This document shows, piece after piece, positions 37,601 to 53,473 of a stretch of DNA of 64,000 nucleotides. The stretch spans positions 22,904,833 to 22,968,832 of the forward strand of contig CM119263.1 in NCBI GenBank assembly GCA_051294375.1, written 5' to 3'. Source of the stretch: Paraspadella gotoi (lineage: Eukaryota; Animalia; Chaetognatha). Made by a program: the position numbers and the translations under genes. The stretch's first letter is position 1. Each line of letters opens with the position of its first letter. The notes beneath the pieces are model-generated. The model did not search any database, was not told the origin of the DNA, and worked only from the letters and a program-made list of their open reading frames with translations.

Positions 37601-38152
37601 GTCATATTGTTATTTAGATTAATTGACTAATTAAAAACAAATGATTCATATAAATTGAGGAAATGATGGGTAAAAAATATTTATCTTGGTCTCGGTTAAC
37701 TATTAGGTTATCGTTAAAGTTTTGTTTTAATAATATTAATATTTTTTTTTGCATTTATAAAAGCAATAGTCTAAAATTTTGTAAGCGTTTCGAGCTATAT
37801 TGCTTCATCTTTTTTACTATTTTTGATCTAGTTAGCTTTTTTGTTGATGGTCAAGGGTTATGGTCAGATACAGTAATGTCCAGTAGTGTATATCGCACAT
37901 ATTAACAAAAGTAATGATCAATTAATTTGGCTCAGAAACAATTTTAAAGGGACAAAATCAGCACGAGACCGTTTCGCCACGTTATTTTTCATTGTGTCGT
38001 AGGCGATTGCTGTTTTTTTTTTTTTTTATCGCTTCGAGTCAACGTCCTCTTCCGACCCGAAGGACGTGATTCTCGTGCGTCCACCAGAGGGAGAAAGATT
38101 TAGACTGGGGAAGAGAGGAAGAGAGGAAGGGCAATGGGGAGAGTGCGAGAGA

Positions 38153-38280
<128 letters not shown>

Positions 38281-38819
38281 TATCACCATGAGAAGGAATT
38301 TTTGAGCAAAGAGCGTTTAATCTTACTCTCATTTGTCAGCCTCATGTCAAAAGCTTTCTGTTCCAAAAAGGAAAAAAATCTATTCCTTGATATTTGATAA
38401 TAAGCTAACATTCCTCCCTTTCGATCGAATTATGAGCAGCGGCAGCGAAAAACGCTCAAACTGTCATGAGCATTGAGCAATGCTGGGTGGAGTGATGAAA
38501 AGATTGAGCGATGGAAGTTACGACACGCAAACCAATCTCGAGCGCGAGCTCCAAGTTCGAATCAATTCGTTTTCCGATTTCAAATTTTCCCGCCAAATCG
38601 AATTATCTCATCGATAAAAACACAACAAAAAAAAACGTTGCACCTACGAAAGAAATCAACGGATTTAATCGGAAGGGAATCTGTAGAGCGAGTGGGCGTG
38701 GCCGAACGAGATTGGCGCCCTCTGCGTTTGTTGTTGTTGTCTTTGCCTGGGCTAAAATGTTTTATTTCGTTTCGGAGAATCTTCTTTTCTCACACGGTAA
38801 AATATATATAAATAATATA

Positions 38820-38823
38820 TATA

Positions 38824-38913
<90 letters not shown>

Positions 38914-38990
38914 AATAATATATAAATAATAATAATATTAATATATATAAATTATAATAATATTAATAATAATAATATATAAATAATGTA
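38820..38990. repeat. (AAT)n microsatellite
   Basis: Directly visible. An (ATT)n run also lies at ~41050-41125. Confidence 0.9.
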
Positions 38991-40617
38991 TATATATAAA
39001 CCAAACACTTGGGCAGTTAATAGGAGAGTCTTGATTAAAAGCTTGGAGGGTCTCGCTTATCGCTAAATTATTATTTTGTGGCTTGTAAATGTAATGTAAG
39101 ATGTAAGATATAGGCCTCAATCCCTCTCACAAGATGATAACATGCAAGCTTTTATATCAAGACTCTCTCATAGTCTAAGTTACCAGTTACCAGAGAACCT
39201 GGCTTCTCTATAAATGAAGTGATATCTTGTATAAACTGTTTCAATTGCACAATTTTTTATACGAGCTTTCCCAATTTCTGCCTGCCTTGTTAGTCACTAA
39301 TCTGGATCGCTCATCCTCTGCTGTTTAAACCATAACCACATTTTTGTATCATCGTTTTATGCTCTGCTCACAAATCTTAGGAATCCACAAAGCGTCGGAA
39401 CTTATCCTGAAAATGTAGATAAGTTATTCGGCTGGTTTCCAAGTTTCGCCACTTAATTCCGAGCAATAAATAAAAATAACGTGATCAGAACGACAAGGAC
39501 GATAACGACGAGTGGGGAAAAAGACGAAGACGACGACGAATGAAAAGGAGACAACGACAAAGACGACGAAGAGAACGCGAACAACGACGATGACGGTGAA
39601 TCAAAAGAAGACGATGACGATGACGATGAAGAGGAGACGGACAACGACGATGAGGATGACAAAGAAAACGAGAACAACGACGATGATGACGAAGAGGATC
39701 ATGACAACGACGAAGAACTTAAAAGCTTTTTCCGGGGACAAAAACCTCAGACGCACTGACACTGAGAGATAAAGGCGGGGTTTTTCCGCCACCTTTTTTG
39801 GACAGAAAGGAGAGACGGGTTCTCTTGTGAAGATGTTCAGAGAGAAAGAGAGAGAGAGAGAGAGAGTGAGAGAGAGAAATTGACAAAAGGTACAGATCTG
39901 AAAATAAAAATCACTTATTCGAATTCGAACTGTAGCAATTCTCCACCTTGTAAAAAAAAATTTGAAAGCAGAAAATTAGAAAAATCATTGCAGAAGATCT
40001 AGAAACTGAAATGAGAGAATCGAGGTGAATCGGATGGAATCGGATAAAAGACTCGGGAAGACATCACCAAAATTGAATCAAGCCCTTGGATTGGTCGAGA
40101 CCCTGCTGGAACCAGCCAATAGGGAGGTGGGCTTCCATCCGCTGTGAAATTCTGCCCACGTCTCTGATCCACTTGCCCTGTATAAATTGTATCGGTTTTT
40201 GTACCAAATCATTCTGTCCAAAAATTGACACTGTATTCTTGTCTATTTTCTTTAAATAAATTCCACTTGGGTTTCCCTGTCTTCTTACTTAAATGTGGTG
40301 GCAAGGGTGAAATGAAAACAAATTTAAAAAATTCACAAGACAACGTTTTACGTAAAAAAAGCTGAGATATTCAGATTTGAAAATTTGTGAATTCTTATCC
40401 CGAATTCTCGTTTCGGTTACATATTTTCCTCCAGATTTTTGAGCCTCGTGAGTGCACGCCCACAAATACACCTTTCTGGAGATGAGGCGTTTTTTCCCCC
40501 CGAGGTCGTCGGGGTTATGTTTAAGGATTAATCACATTTCTCAGAAATCCTTGAAACGATGAGAACGAGGAGGACGAATTTTTTTTCCCGTCACGTGATT
40601 CCTTACTTTCCTTATTA

Positions 40618-40685
<68 letters not shown>

Positions 40686-40689
40686 CTCG

Positions 40690-40720
<31 letters not shown>

Positions 40721-41050
40721 GCTCTCTCGCTCTCTCTCGCCCTCTCTCACACGATCGCGCCTGAAATTTAGGGTTTCTCATTTATCGATTTGAAGCCCCG
40801 AAGATTTATTGTTGAGGCAAGAATTCAATTAATTCGACGCTTTTACCCAATGCCACTGAAATCCTTTCAAGACCACTTATCTCCTCTCCTCTCCACTCCA
40901 CTAACCAAATGCTCTAATACGATAAACGCACCTCCACTCAATTTCAGAGCCCATCGCTACAAGAGAAGAGCTATCGAAAACCTCGTTTGACATTTAATGT
41001 AATTAATCGGACATCATAAATTATGATGTAACTATGTAATTATGTATATA

Positions 41051-41124
<74 letters not shown>

Positions 41125-41812
41125 CATAATAATACATATACTTCACTTTCGATTCAATTCCTTTTTTTTTGGTCATCACACTTTCCTCTCTTTCGTCTTC
41201 TTTCATTTTTCATTTTCCATTTAGATCCACTCCATCTCCCTCTTTTTTTCAGTGGCTTCCTTTCAAACACCCTGCTTTCGCAGCACTTTAAACTCCACCC
41301 AATTCGCCCTAAACAATCCCCCCGCTCTGCTTCATGTCATTTCCGCCAGAGGGACTCGAAGCGGCGACTCGCTTTCGTCGCCAGCGTCGCGTCATAAAAA
41401 ATGATCACTCGTTCGTCTCGGTTTTTCGGCTCCCGAGATTTTTTTCCCTTTCCTCTCAATAATTCATAAATTCGACTAAAGAACCCGACCTTGTACTAAT
41501 ATTTGAACCTTAGCCGATAAGTCGCCCCCTGGGATAAGGAAATGGGGAATTTATATCTTTAAACATTAAAGATTTTTTGATACGCTTTTGTGAATTAAGG
41601 TACTGAATTTGGCAACTCAAAAATTAGTAAATATACATAAAAGAAGAAATTATATGCTGTATATTACACGGATTTTCTACCTATAATTTATTTATAATTA
41701 TAAATTGGATCTTCCAAATTTTTCACTTTGCTTATTAAGGTATAGCCACCACGGGTTTAACTCCAGTTGGCCACTGTTTTTGTTAATCGCGATTGAAGCA
41801 CAGGAAGTTAGT

Positions 41813-41899
<87 letters not shown>

Positions 41900-42322
41900 A
41901 CTCTCCTTCGTTTTCTTATCACGCAACTGATTTCGTTCAGATGTCCAGACAAATATGATAATTTTTTAAATTTTGCCAATATAAATTTAGATTTAAACGT
42001 CTCACTTAATCATGAGTTTCGGTAAAATTGTTGTATCAAATTCTCTGCTCGACATTTAAGGTAAATATTGTTTGCTTCGCAAATAGGGTGACGTCACCTT
42101 CGTCGGCATCGGACTTGGACTCGGCCGCTGACACCTTTGTCATTGACGTGACTCTAGAAATCGTTGTCGGCGCCAGAATTTTAGTTGGCGCTGCTTTCGT
42201 TCTTAGGCGACGCTTCACACTTCGGCGCCTCTCCAGTCGTTAAGTCTCTCGAAGTCAGAAGATATTTCACCGCAAATGAAAAAAGATTGAAGGAACAAAG
42301 GGGAGGAAGAAATAAAGAAAAT

Positions 42323-42371
<49 letters not shown>

Positions 42372-45300
42372 TTGCGTAAAAAAAGGCAAAAAACCTTTAT
42401 CCTTCTTGTTCATGACTTCATTTTATTATTCGCTATTTTCGCCTCATGATTTCTTACGCTTTAACGCTGATGACTACAATCTTATTTGCATATTACCGAA
42501 ACATTCCTCCGTTACTCTTTTTTGAGTTTTGTCTATTTTTTTTCAGTTATAAATTTTCGTTAAGTGCCATTATGTTTCTTATCAGTTATTTTTAGAATTT
42601 AAAAAAGATTCACTATTCACATTATTGACTTTTTTGGAACTTTTGTAGTAGGGACCAACTCCAGAGATAATATAAAATTTCGACTATTAGCAAAGTACTT
42701 TTAGTTGTCTTGACTAAATATTTAAACAATCATTTTCAAAAAAAAATTATATTATACGTCTTGATTAATACATTAAATATTACTTGTCTTTTTTAATATT
42801 ATAAAATTTTTTTTTAGAAATCTTAAAATTTTTTGATGGATTCTGATAGAGCATTAAAAGTTAAATAAGAAATATAATTACAGCTTTTAAAAATTTTTAC
42901 GTTTTCTATGTGAAAAAATAAAAAAACTGATAAAATCATCGAAAGATGATGATGATGATGATTTTTTACGGTTTTTCTTATTTTTGACTCACTTATCATG
43001 AAAATATTTAAAAAAGAATTATACTTTGTGTAGACAACTTTTTATGAGCTATCTGAATCTGGTCTTAAAATTTAAAAATTATCAAAAAAAATTTTGGCCT
43101 TTCCTATTTATAAATAAATATTAAAAAATTAATTATTTGGGTATAGAGCCACATAAGAAATGTTTTGTCCATTGAAAGTATACTTAAAAATGTATAAATT
43201 TTCGTTTGAGCATATAATCATTCTAAATTTTTGATTCACTCCATTGAGTAGGAGTTTTATTTACACAAATAAACGAGGAGATAATAATATTAATAAAAAA
43301 ATGGTGATGATTAAAACGTTGGTTTAAAATATATAGTAAATAGTTCTTGAACGTGGCAATTTTGATGTTAGTTTCTTGAGGGTAAGTTGAAGACTGTCTC
43401 GTTTCCTCTCTCATCTCTCTCCCGTCGATTCCGTGAGGGAAGCCACCTCTCTGATTGGTCGAGAGAGAAGAAAAGGCAGAAAAGTCAAACGAGACAAGCG
43501 AGACAAGCGAGACAAGCTACGCGATCAATCCGTTTCCTGCGATGAACTAACGAAACTTTTCGCTTTCAACTTTCTCGTCTGTCTCCTTCTCTTTCATCTC
43601 TTTTCGTCAGACCTCATTGCATCCATCTCTCCATCGATCCGCTATTCTCTTCTTGACGCTTTTATGGACCGCGTAAATCTTCACCCCTGCCTCGAGAAAA
43701 ACATATCGCTAGACCCTAGACCCCCGTGCCGACGGGGCAGACGCGGGGATCAGGGGGTAGGGCGGTGGGGGGTTTTTAGACAGTGGGGGCCGGGGGGGGG
43801 GCATTTTGTCGATTGAGTTCTCACGAAGCACCTCTCGGGCGACGAGAGGAAAAGTTAGAAACTGGTCAAACGCAAATGATTGGACGTTTGTCAATCCAGA
43901 CAACTTAAGTGTCTTTGAACATAACAGTCACCGGTAAAACAGAAGAGGGGGGCCAATGAATTTTTATTTTCGCGTTTTATTTACTCAATCTTTTATTCAC
44001 TTTAAACAAACAGAGGGAAAGAATGTTCATTGTTTATCGTTTATCACAGGAAAACACATAAACAAACGAACGAACAAAGAAACTCAAGATTTTACAGTGA
44101 GGTTGCCATAATTTTTTTTTCCATCAACGATATGATACGTCGGATAACGGGCAACTTTTTGGTTTTAGAGTTGCTAAATTCATTAAATATATATGAAATG
44201 AAATTGGTACAACCAATATTAAAAAAAAATCATTCATTTAATAAATAAGCTATCTTGCCCCTGACTTTTGACAGGCTTTGGTAGATATATATATATTTAT
44301 ATATATATTGTATTGTATATAAAATTGGTGCAGCAAAGCACTTCGTTCCTCTTAAAAGCAGGACAGTGTGAGTGTAAGAGAGTCCTAGAGTACCATCTGG
44401 TTTTCTTATCAATAAAATGGTAAGTATAACGTGTTTGTATCCATAAAAACTGTGCAGTAAGGATTCAAAAAACATTAGTTATTGGTTAAGACTAAATGCT
44501 GTAATATAATTTAAAAACCTCGTATTTACTTTATTCTATTGCAATACGAATAACAAAGTTAAAACAATGTCACGTTCTCACCTTTAGTTGTTTTTTGTCC
44601 CATTTTGGCCAATAAACAAAAATTATTTTGTTGACCTCGTGCTGGTCGTTCAAAGCGCTCGACTAATGGCGCGAGAAAAACCGTGACGTCAAACGCTAAA
44701 AAGTCGAATGACCCGCGTTACGCGTTGGACCTTCTCTTCAGACGAAGCAGGTAACAACCGGGCTTGAAGGTCGCGGGTTCGCTTCCGATGAATATCAGGT
44801 TTTCACTGAGGTCAGGTTTTTCAGCTCCGACCTCGGACAATTTCCCAATTCGCCCGTTGCATCGTAGCGGCTGTCGGTTTAGAGGCCTGTGGCCAAATAT
44901 CTGACGAAGAGAATAGGATAGAACTGATTTAACGATCTTTGGAGTCCGGAAGATGATAAAGACCTGATAGGAACTCTGGGGCACAACTATCTACAACGCT
45001 TTAATCCCTTGTTGGATAGAAAATTATGTTTTTCTTCTAGATTGTCTTCGAATCAAATAACAAATAACAATTACGAATCTCGCTTAAAATCTAGTCTGCG
45101 AGAGATAAAAATAAACTTACAGGGATTTCAACCTGGACCGATATGAAAAGATTTGATTAAAGTTTAAACTCGTAATTTTTTTACAGTATATTATTTAGAA
45201 GAAGTTTGAAATTGCTTTGAACAACGATTTTATTTTCAAGCGAAAAGCGTACATGTTTTGGCTCTAATTCAGCGTCAAGTTAGATTTTGAAATGAGAGCG

Positions 45301-45819
45301 AGAGAGGAAGGGCAAAGTTTCCATCACATAAAAATGAAGCATGAAAAAAAAATTTAATAATTTTAATGGGAACTGAAGGATTTATTAATCCATTAAGATC
45401 CACTTTCAAAGTAAAAAATGCTTCTTCAGAAATTTACCCTCTAAAGAAAATGTTTATAATAGAATGTTACAAATTGTTGGGATAAATTAGTCAAGTATTT
45501 TTCTATTAGTATTTAAAAATTTTATAACCCAAATGCTCTTTGTTTCGATTATATTACAATTTTTTTTCGTATCATCCAGATTGAAGTCCCTGTAAAAATA
45601 AAAAAAAATAAAAAAAAGAAAGAAAGAAACGAAAGCGACTCCTTTGCGGAAAATGAATCAATGATAATGTGCAATTGATTTTCTTTTATACAGATTAAAT
45701 TATTCATAAGATTAATTCCGTTAAATAATTTATTTTGCTTTGCTGCTATTTTCGTTCTGTTTGTTTCTCTTTCTTTTTGATTCTGTCTGTCCGTCTTTCT
45801 TTTTTTTCCATTTTTCTTT

Positions 45820-45825
45820 TTTTTT

Positions 45826-45877
<52 letters not shown>

Positions 45878-45881
45878 TTCT

Positions 45882-45934
<53 letters not shown>

Positions 45935-45961
45935 TTCTTTTTCTTTCTTTCTTTTCTTTCT

Positions 45962-45993
<32 letters not shown>

Positions 45994-45995
45994 TC
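45820..45995. repeat. (CTTT)n microsatellite
   Basis: Directly visible. It is the source of the KERK/SFFL ORFs. Confidence 0.9.
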
Positions 45996-47824
45996 GTCAA
46001 AAGGTTGGAGATCTACTGTAGCTAGTACCCGATAGGACTTTTCTTCTTTCTGTCCCACGTTTAAACTTTAATGGACAAGAGTAAAGAAAAAGCAACAAAA
46101 ACTCGCTCAACCAAAAAGATTTAGTTCTTCCGCTGGTCGAGTCTGATTAACCAGAAGCGCAGGCTTCAATTCTTATGGCGCGAAACCCCAACGGCAATCG
46201 CTGCGCCCAAGTGGCTGCGCGCTCTTGCAAAAATCTCATTTTCTTTTCTAAAATAAAATCCATCCACGATGAAAAAGTGTTTTCTTCCTCCCGCCATTCA
46301 ATCCCTCCGCCCCCCCCGCCCCCCCACGTCATTCCACCTCTCTGTTTGTTTTTCATCAAAATTGAACCGAAAAAAAAAAAAAAAAAAAAAATCCGACAAG
46401 CGGGACAAGAAACAAAAACAACGTAGAAACAAAAGGCAACGAATCAACCGTGACAAGAAAAAGGGGAAGAGCCGTGGCACGGCGTGGCACGGCGTGGCGT
46501 GGAAGTGTCATGGATTCGTCGCAGTTGGCGAGGGTTGGAAGGGAGGAATGAGCTGCAGCATGTGCCGCTGGATACTGCTTATTCAAATCACGCAACCGAT
46601 GAGGATCACGGCCGACTGATCTGTACACAATGACGCCGGTCAGAGGGAGAGAAAGAGAATAGAGAGGAAGAGGTGAATATGAGAAAGGCCTATTGGTGAG
46701 TCGCTTCATTTTCTTGATTAATGACAAGGATCAGGTTCGTGAAGTGACGCCCAGTTCGGTTTTTGTCGTTAGGTAGTTTAGGTAATTAGGTAATTTATCT
46801 TATGGATAAAACTATTAAAATATTAACCGAAAATTTATTTTTGCCTATACTCTTTTTATTGGTCACGTAAAAGATAGTATTTAAAAACGTTGTTGGACTG
46901 AGTGGAAATGATAAATGCTTTTTGACGGATCAATTCATCATTTATTCCTGAACAAGAATAACTTCTTTACTTCAGAGAGCGTTCCATCGTCGCGACTGTT
47001 TTATTCTCTCTAATTCTTTCTTTCCTTACTTTATTGTTTATCTTTATATTCGTTTCCTTCCCCCTTTTTAATTTTTCTTTTTTTTAGATTTTTTAGATTT
47101 TTTTTAGATTTTTTTATAATTTTCGTTTCGCACTTCATCTGCCAGCTCCGCGGGCGGTTGTTGAAATATGTTACTTCGCAGTCGTTACTTGTGCTTTGCA
47201 AGCGTCGAGCAAATTTTTTGTTTTCTATTGGGATTATTCTTGCTATAAATATAATTTTCTCTGTTGATCAAAACAGTAACAACGAATACAAAATAAGAGA
47301 CTCGGCGAGTCACAAGATAAATTTTTTATGCCAAAATTGAAAGATGAAAACAGTAAAGCGATTTATTACAGTTGCAAGAATCCTGATCGTCTGTGATGGT
47401 CAAAAAATCTCGCACATAAAATACTGTAAGTAACTAAATCTCTTTTTTTATAGCTCTACTGTTTTGAAAATACCATTCATTTGTCATTTGCCAAGAAATT
47501 TTCATTCGTTAAAATATGCTCCAGAAACATCAAAATTAAAAACTATCGATTTATCATGTCATGTCTTTTCTCATGCGAATTAAAAGCACAATTAAGACTC
47601 ATGTGGCAGTCAAAAATTGTATTCTTCGTAAAATTTTCTAAAAAAAGTGCGTAAGAAGATAATTTTTGTCTGTCGTTTTACATTGACGTTAGTCTCCCAT
47701 CTATTAAATTGTACTTGTGGCGTTTTTAAACTAGTAAAATACTTTTTTCACGTACCGTCTTTATACAACGCGTCACTTATTCTTCTCTTTCCGCCTCGAA
47801 GCGCGTTCCAGACCGGCGCCCACG

Positions 47825-48463
<639 letters not shown>

Positions 48464-49928
48464 AAGACGTCCAAAGCAGTTCCTTCGCATCTGTCAGAAA
48501 TTTATTGAGTTGGCCTTTGTTTAAGTTTTAGCAGACGCTAAGAATTTGCGGTCTCTGTGGACCGCTTTGATTATTACTGTATTTGTTGCTAAAAGTTTTA
48601 AAAAGTCCGGAAATTATATGTGACGAATCGGATGGCTGTTGACTGTAATTTTTTTTTGGTTTAAATTGTTATAGGTGGTAGACCTTGGAGTTCATTTCGT
48701 GAACTTTTATTTTGAGAAAAACTTTTTTTTTAATTTTACTTAATAATACTAACAATTGGGACCGAGAAAGGCTAAAGGAAGTTTTACATCTTTTGTCAGC
48801 CAGAACTGTTAATTATCGCCCTCTTTCCATGAAAACCAAGCAACGTAAAAAACAAAAGAATACATTGACTTCTATTTAAAGTACTTGCAGTACTTGTAAT
48901 ACCATTAAATACAATAACAACATTAATTTTATATATCTCTTTTCAAATATGTTTTCTCCATTAGAAAAGTAAGCTCTTGTAAAGTTTTGTAACGTTTTGG
49001 GGATGGCTAGAGCTAACTATTGATTCAGTAGTTATATTATATATATATATTATATAGGTTTAAATACGGTTAGGTTTAGATGTGGGTTAGGGGCATAAAA
49101 GTTGAGTTAACAGTTAAAACGTTTAAAGGGTTTGTGAGGTTCATTAATAGAGCAAGCTGAGTTTCAGGCTAAACTGTTTTGATTATTATAGATTATAATA
49201 AATAAAAAAAATCATCAAAAATGTAATACTTTTAAAATTAACTTGATTATTCAAGTTCAAACGTTCCCAATTTTTTTGAAGATGTTGCTCTAATAATTTA
49301 CATATACTATTTTAAGTAAATAAAAAAAAGGATTGAATAAAAAAGGATAATCACAATGATCATTGGCTGTGCAATTATGGTTTTTAGCTCCATTTCAACT
49401 TTTCATCTCTCAATGATTCATGAGCCTCGGACGCTGAATGATAAATCTCTCGCGGGAAAATCGCGTTAACTCGCGACTACGATAACGGTCACGTGATCCG
49501 TGGACGCCTTTCTGTCAACGTGACGAGTTTCGTATCGAGTCGCCAGTCGAGGAATTATTCATTTCAGAAATTCCAAATAACATCAGATCCAACAGAGACA
49601 AAGAAAATAAATTCTTTTTATAAATTTTTTGAATTTGCTCTTCGAAATGGGAAAGGGAATCGTTTTGATTTTAACGCCTCCGCTTGGAAAAGAGGTTCTC
49701 ATGAATTATGTATAAATATATAATCTGTTTGTTCATCGCGATACTAAACTTTTTAAAATTCTGTTTGAATTTTTGTTTAAAAATTGGCGGGAAGACAAAG
49801 TAATTTGTATTTCTAGGTCCATTTTAATTTTGATTCGGCTTTTCGTAATTTTGCTTTACCCTTGTATTGAAGTGTAAAGTGTAGTAAAGTGCATGCAAAT
49901 TAAATTAAATTAAACCAAATTAATTTAG

Positions 49929-50532
49929 GTAGGAAACTGGACGGTCGACGACCTCGACGCCGACCGGCAGAGCGACGCCCCCGATTTTGGCGCCGACGCC
50001 GCCGCGAATTCAACTGAGATCGACGAAAAGGCGCCGAGTTCCGACGACGTCGCCATCTTCGTCGTCGCGGTCGTCTTCGCGATCCTTCCCCTCATTTATA
50101 TTTGGGTCCAGGGGATGATCAATGTCGTGGCTTTTGTCCGGGTAAGTTCATGGCAGAGAATTTATTTTAAAGATTTTCTTTTTGGTAGTTTTGTTATTTA
50201 ATACTATTAGAAAAATTCGTTGAACTATCTTAAAAAATACCTTATTATTTTTTCTTTGATCTTATGAAAGTTACAAGATTGCTCATGTAATCTTAGGACA
50301 TATTACTTGTAAAAAAGGTCCTGCTGGGACCTAATCTAATTCCGTTTTTTTTTTTTTTAATTTTTTTTTTCTATCAAAGTGACCGAACAATGTTTAGGAG
50401 TGAATCGCTTCATCGCCTTAATTTTTACATTAACTAATTCGCCAGGAGTTTCGTCACCGTCGTCGAAACGGGATTGAGACGAGCTCGATGTTCGTCGCCA
50501 ACAACAGCGACGACGAGGACTCTGTTTCCTAG
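49929..50532 (+). CDS. Small single-pass membrane protein, last two exons 49929-50141 and 50446-50532 (5' exon not identified)
   Basis: VGNWTVDDLDADRQSDAPDFGADAAANSTEIDEKAPSSDDVAIFVVAVVFAILPLIYIWVQGMINVVAFVR|EFRHRRRNGIETSSMFVANNSDDEDSVS*. GTAAG donor, CAG acceptor, phase 0. GC-rich island in AT-rich DNA. Confidence 0.65.
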
Positions 50533-51845
50533 GAGATCACTTACTCACGGACGCAACTTTTGAACGAATTACGGATGACTGACGACGTGGAGAAAGTTAA
50601 CTCGTGAAGAAGTCACGTGCTGACAAAAAACTTTATTCAAAATGCTACAATGTATTTATATATTGTCGTTAAGTTAATATGGTATTTTACCCTTTTCCCG
50701 TTTTAAAATGAAGTCTGTTTGTTATGTATTTTCCGTCATATTGTGATATGATTTAACAAAATTCAATTACCCAGAGAAAAACAAAAGGTGAGTAAAGGCT
50801 ATGTAAGCCCTCTACTTCGCTGGCTTTTTAGTCCGCAAACTTACCAACGTAACACGTTCTTTTCGTCGATTTGGTTGCGATTTCGTCGAACCTCCCTATC
50901 TCCTATTATTTATCTCGACGAAGGAAAGGTGGAATAGAAAAAAAAAACTCGTTTTCGTGCAAATACCGTCGCCGATCGCTTCGTTTGCGCTGATTCGTCA
51001 AAAGAAAGGAACAACGCTTTCCTATTGGTCGATCGATGGCACTGGGCGTTGAGACGGAAGAAAATGACGAATTTTAAGCGTCGGGGACCCAAGCAGCGAT
51101 CGGGCCAAGCTGCTTGGATCGAGAAACTCGTCCGACGACTGTCCGTTGGAGACTCGGATCTTAGAGCCGTTGGAGCGCGGAGAAACTGAATCGTCTTCAA
51201 ACTCGTCCAGATTTAAAGGGCGCCTGAAAGTTTTCGTAGATGCGTCGAGCTCTTCGACGGGTGTGCCTCGGGAGTTCCATTTTCGTTAATATAAATAAAC
51301 AAACTGCTACTTCCAGATGACCTTAATTGTAGCAGTTTATTTAAAATTCAGTGATGTTTATTTATTATTCCTAAATTATTCAATATTCATTGAACAATTA
51401 CGTTCACATTGGGAAAATCTATCGAGCAAAGATTAAAATTTAAAAAAAATTTTTTTTATCTCAATTCAAATGACGATATAACGTCGATGATTCCGATGCG
51501 TCTCACTGAGTTTCCATGATTTTCTAACGTTCTGCTCTTTTTTTTCAGATTACCACATGACATCTTTGATGGCGTCAGAAATCAAAAACGTCACATAGCG
51601 AGCTGTCGCTGTCGGGTCATCATTGAAAACGCTCTCAGGCTCTCATTCTCTCAGGCTCTCTCGACAAAATCTATAATGAAGTTCCCCAGTAAAATTTCGA
51701 AACGAAAGCGAAAGCAAAAGCGCCATCTGTCGTCGTAAACATCATTATTTGACGAAACGAAACAAAAACAAGATTCAGCGACCAAACTCTCGGTCAGTCA
51801 TCTTCGGCCGTCTTCGCCATCACCCCTTCTGCCTTCGCCGCCACC

Positions 51846-53473
51846 ATGCACCCGACTCTCTCATCGGTGTTCCCCAGTCTGGCGCTGGTCTCTGGTCTCG
51901 TCAGCCTCTGCTTCTTCGAGATTCAAGTCAGTTGGAACATGAAGATGAACGTCGTCGTCAGACTCAGACGCCTCGGGCCTGAGTTCACCGGCACCTTGCT
52001 CAGCACGTGAGGAATTGTTGTTATCGTTATTTTTTAGATAAAAAAGTCTGTTCTTGCAAAAAGGATGTTGAACATATAGAAGCACTGAATTAGACAGAGT
52101 ATTTATAGTTACTGTTCGTTTGACCGTTTGTTGACATGAATGCATTTAGTCGATGCCATTTTCGATTTTTTTGTTGTCGTCGTTATCCCCGTCGCCGCCT
52201 TTGTCGTCATTCTTCCGTTGCCAATTAACTCCGGCGCCGATGAATTCGTTGTTGCCATTGACTACCAAATTGTTTACAGATTCGAGACGTGCGTTTGCCT
52301 CGGCATCATCGCCTCCATCGTCATCCTCATCGTTTCTCATTGCGTCAAATCAGAAACCAAGAAATTCCGATGCGACCTCATCTTCTACATAATCAGTTCC
52401 GTGCTGATGATGATCGGACTGGTGAGTCCATGGCGACGACAATCATCCTATCGGATGATAATTTTAATGAGGATTTTTAATGATTAATAATAATATAATA
52501 TTAATCAAATAAGATGGATTAAATAGTAAAACATTCATAAAATATAAAAATATATTTTAATTTTAATATTAAAAAAATGATGTTGAATACTAGTAAACAA
52601 GAACGGTGATTCCAATGTGTTGCGCCGCACTGACTTTATTTTCACGTGTATTTCTCTTTGATCACATGATATAAGATGACATGACACTGTATCGAAATTC
52701 TGTCTTTTATTCCTTATAGTTTTAGGATTTCCTGAAGGCGGCGTTAGCAGTCACTTAGATTTGAGGTTTTTTTTTCTGTCTTAACAAATGAGCAACCAAC
52801 TATAGGCGAATTATATGCATTTTTAATATAAGCGGGACAGACCGACGGATAGACATACCGACAGACAGACATACAGACCGACCGATAGACCGACCGAATA
52901 AAATAGAATTGCCCCGCGAGTACTAACAAAAAACCTGAAAACCAGGTTTAAACCTTTAATGCTCGAAGAAACTGCAAATAATACGTAATAAATAAAATGT
53001 GGAATAGAGATAAAAGAGAAATCTACTTCTTGACAGTCGACGACGACAACGACGACGACAAGGATTACGACGACAATGATGCCTTTAGTTTATTATTTTT
53101 GTGGAGAAGACAATTCAATAAAATATAAATCAGTCCCTTCAGACATCTTTGTCACCAAAGTTACTAATCTAGAGATCCTTCTCGTCCCCCATATTCCACC
53201 CCATAGTTGATGGTGGTTTGGTACCACAGCCGCAATCGGAGCCTCAAGCCGGAACCCTTCTTCATTACCTCCTACGCGTTCGGCGCAGCCGAGTTGCTCT
53301 TCCTCGCGCTGGGGGCGTTCGGGTGCTGCATTTGCCGACCACGGCCCCGCGACGACTTTTACGTCGACGATGAAAGGGACGGCGGGGACGGCAGATACGC
53401 CAGGGACGGGAGGTACAGCAGAGACGGCAGGGACTCGGCCTCGGAGATGACGAGGTTCTCCGGCCGCTGGTGA
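51846..53473 (+). CDS. Four-transmembrane protein, claudin/PMP22-like topology (189 aa); exons 51846-52006, 52280-52421, 53207-53473
   Basis: GCCGCCACCATG start context, two in-phase GT-AG introns, four hydrophobic segments, a juxtamembrane CCIC and a charged RDG-repeat tail. The family is inferred from topology only. Confidence 0.72.
52596..52925 (-). mobile_element. HINE family B copy inside an intron
   Basis: AACAAGAACGGTGATTCCAATGTGTTGCGCCGC end and a GACA/GACC microsatellite. Confidence 0.75.

Noticed and set aside
44720-44800. Another tRNA-LTR copy (ACCGGGCTTGAAG)
   Set aside because: Only a ~13-nt match, with no termini or A box.
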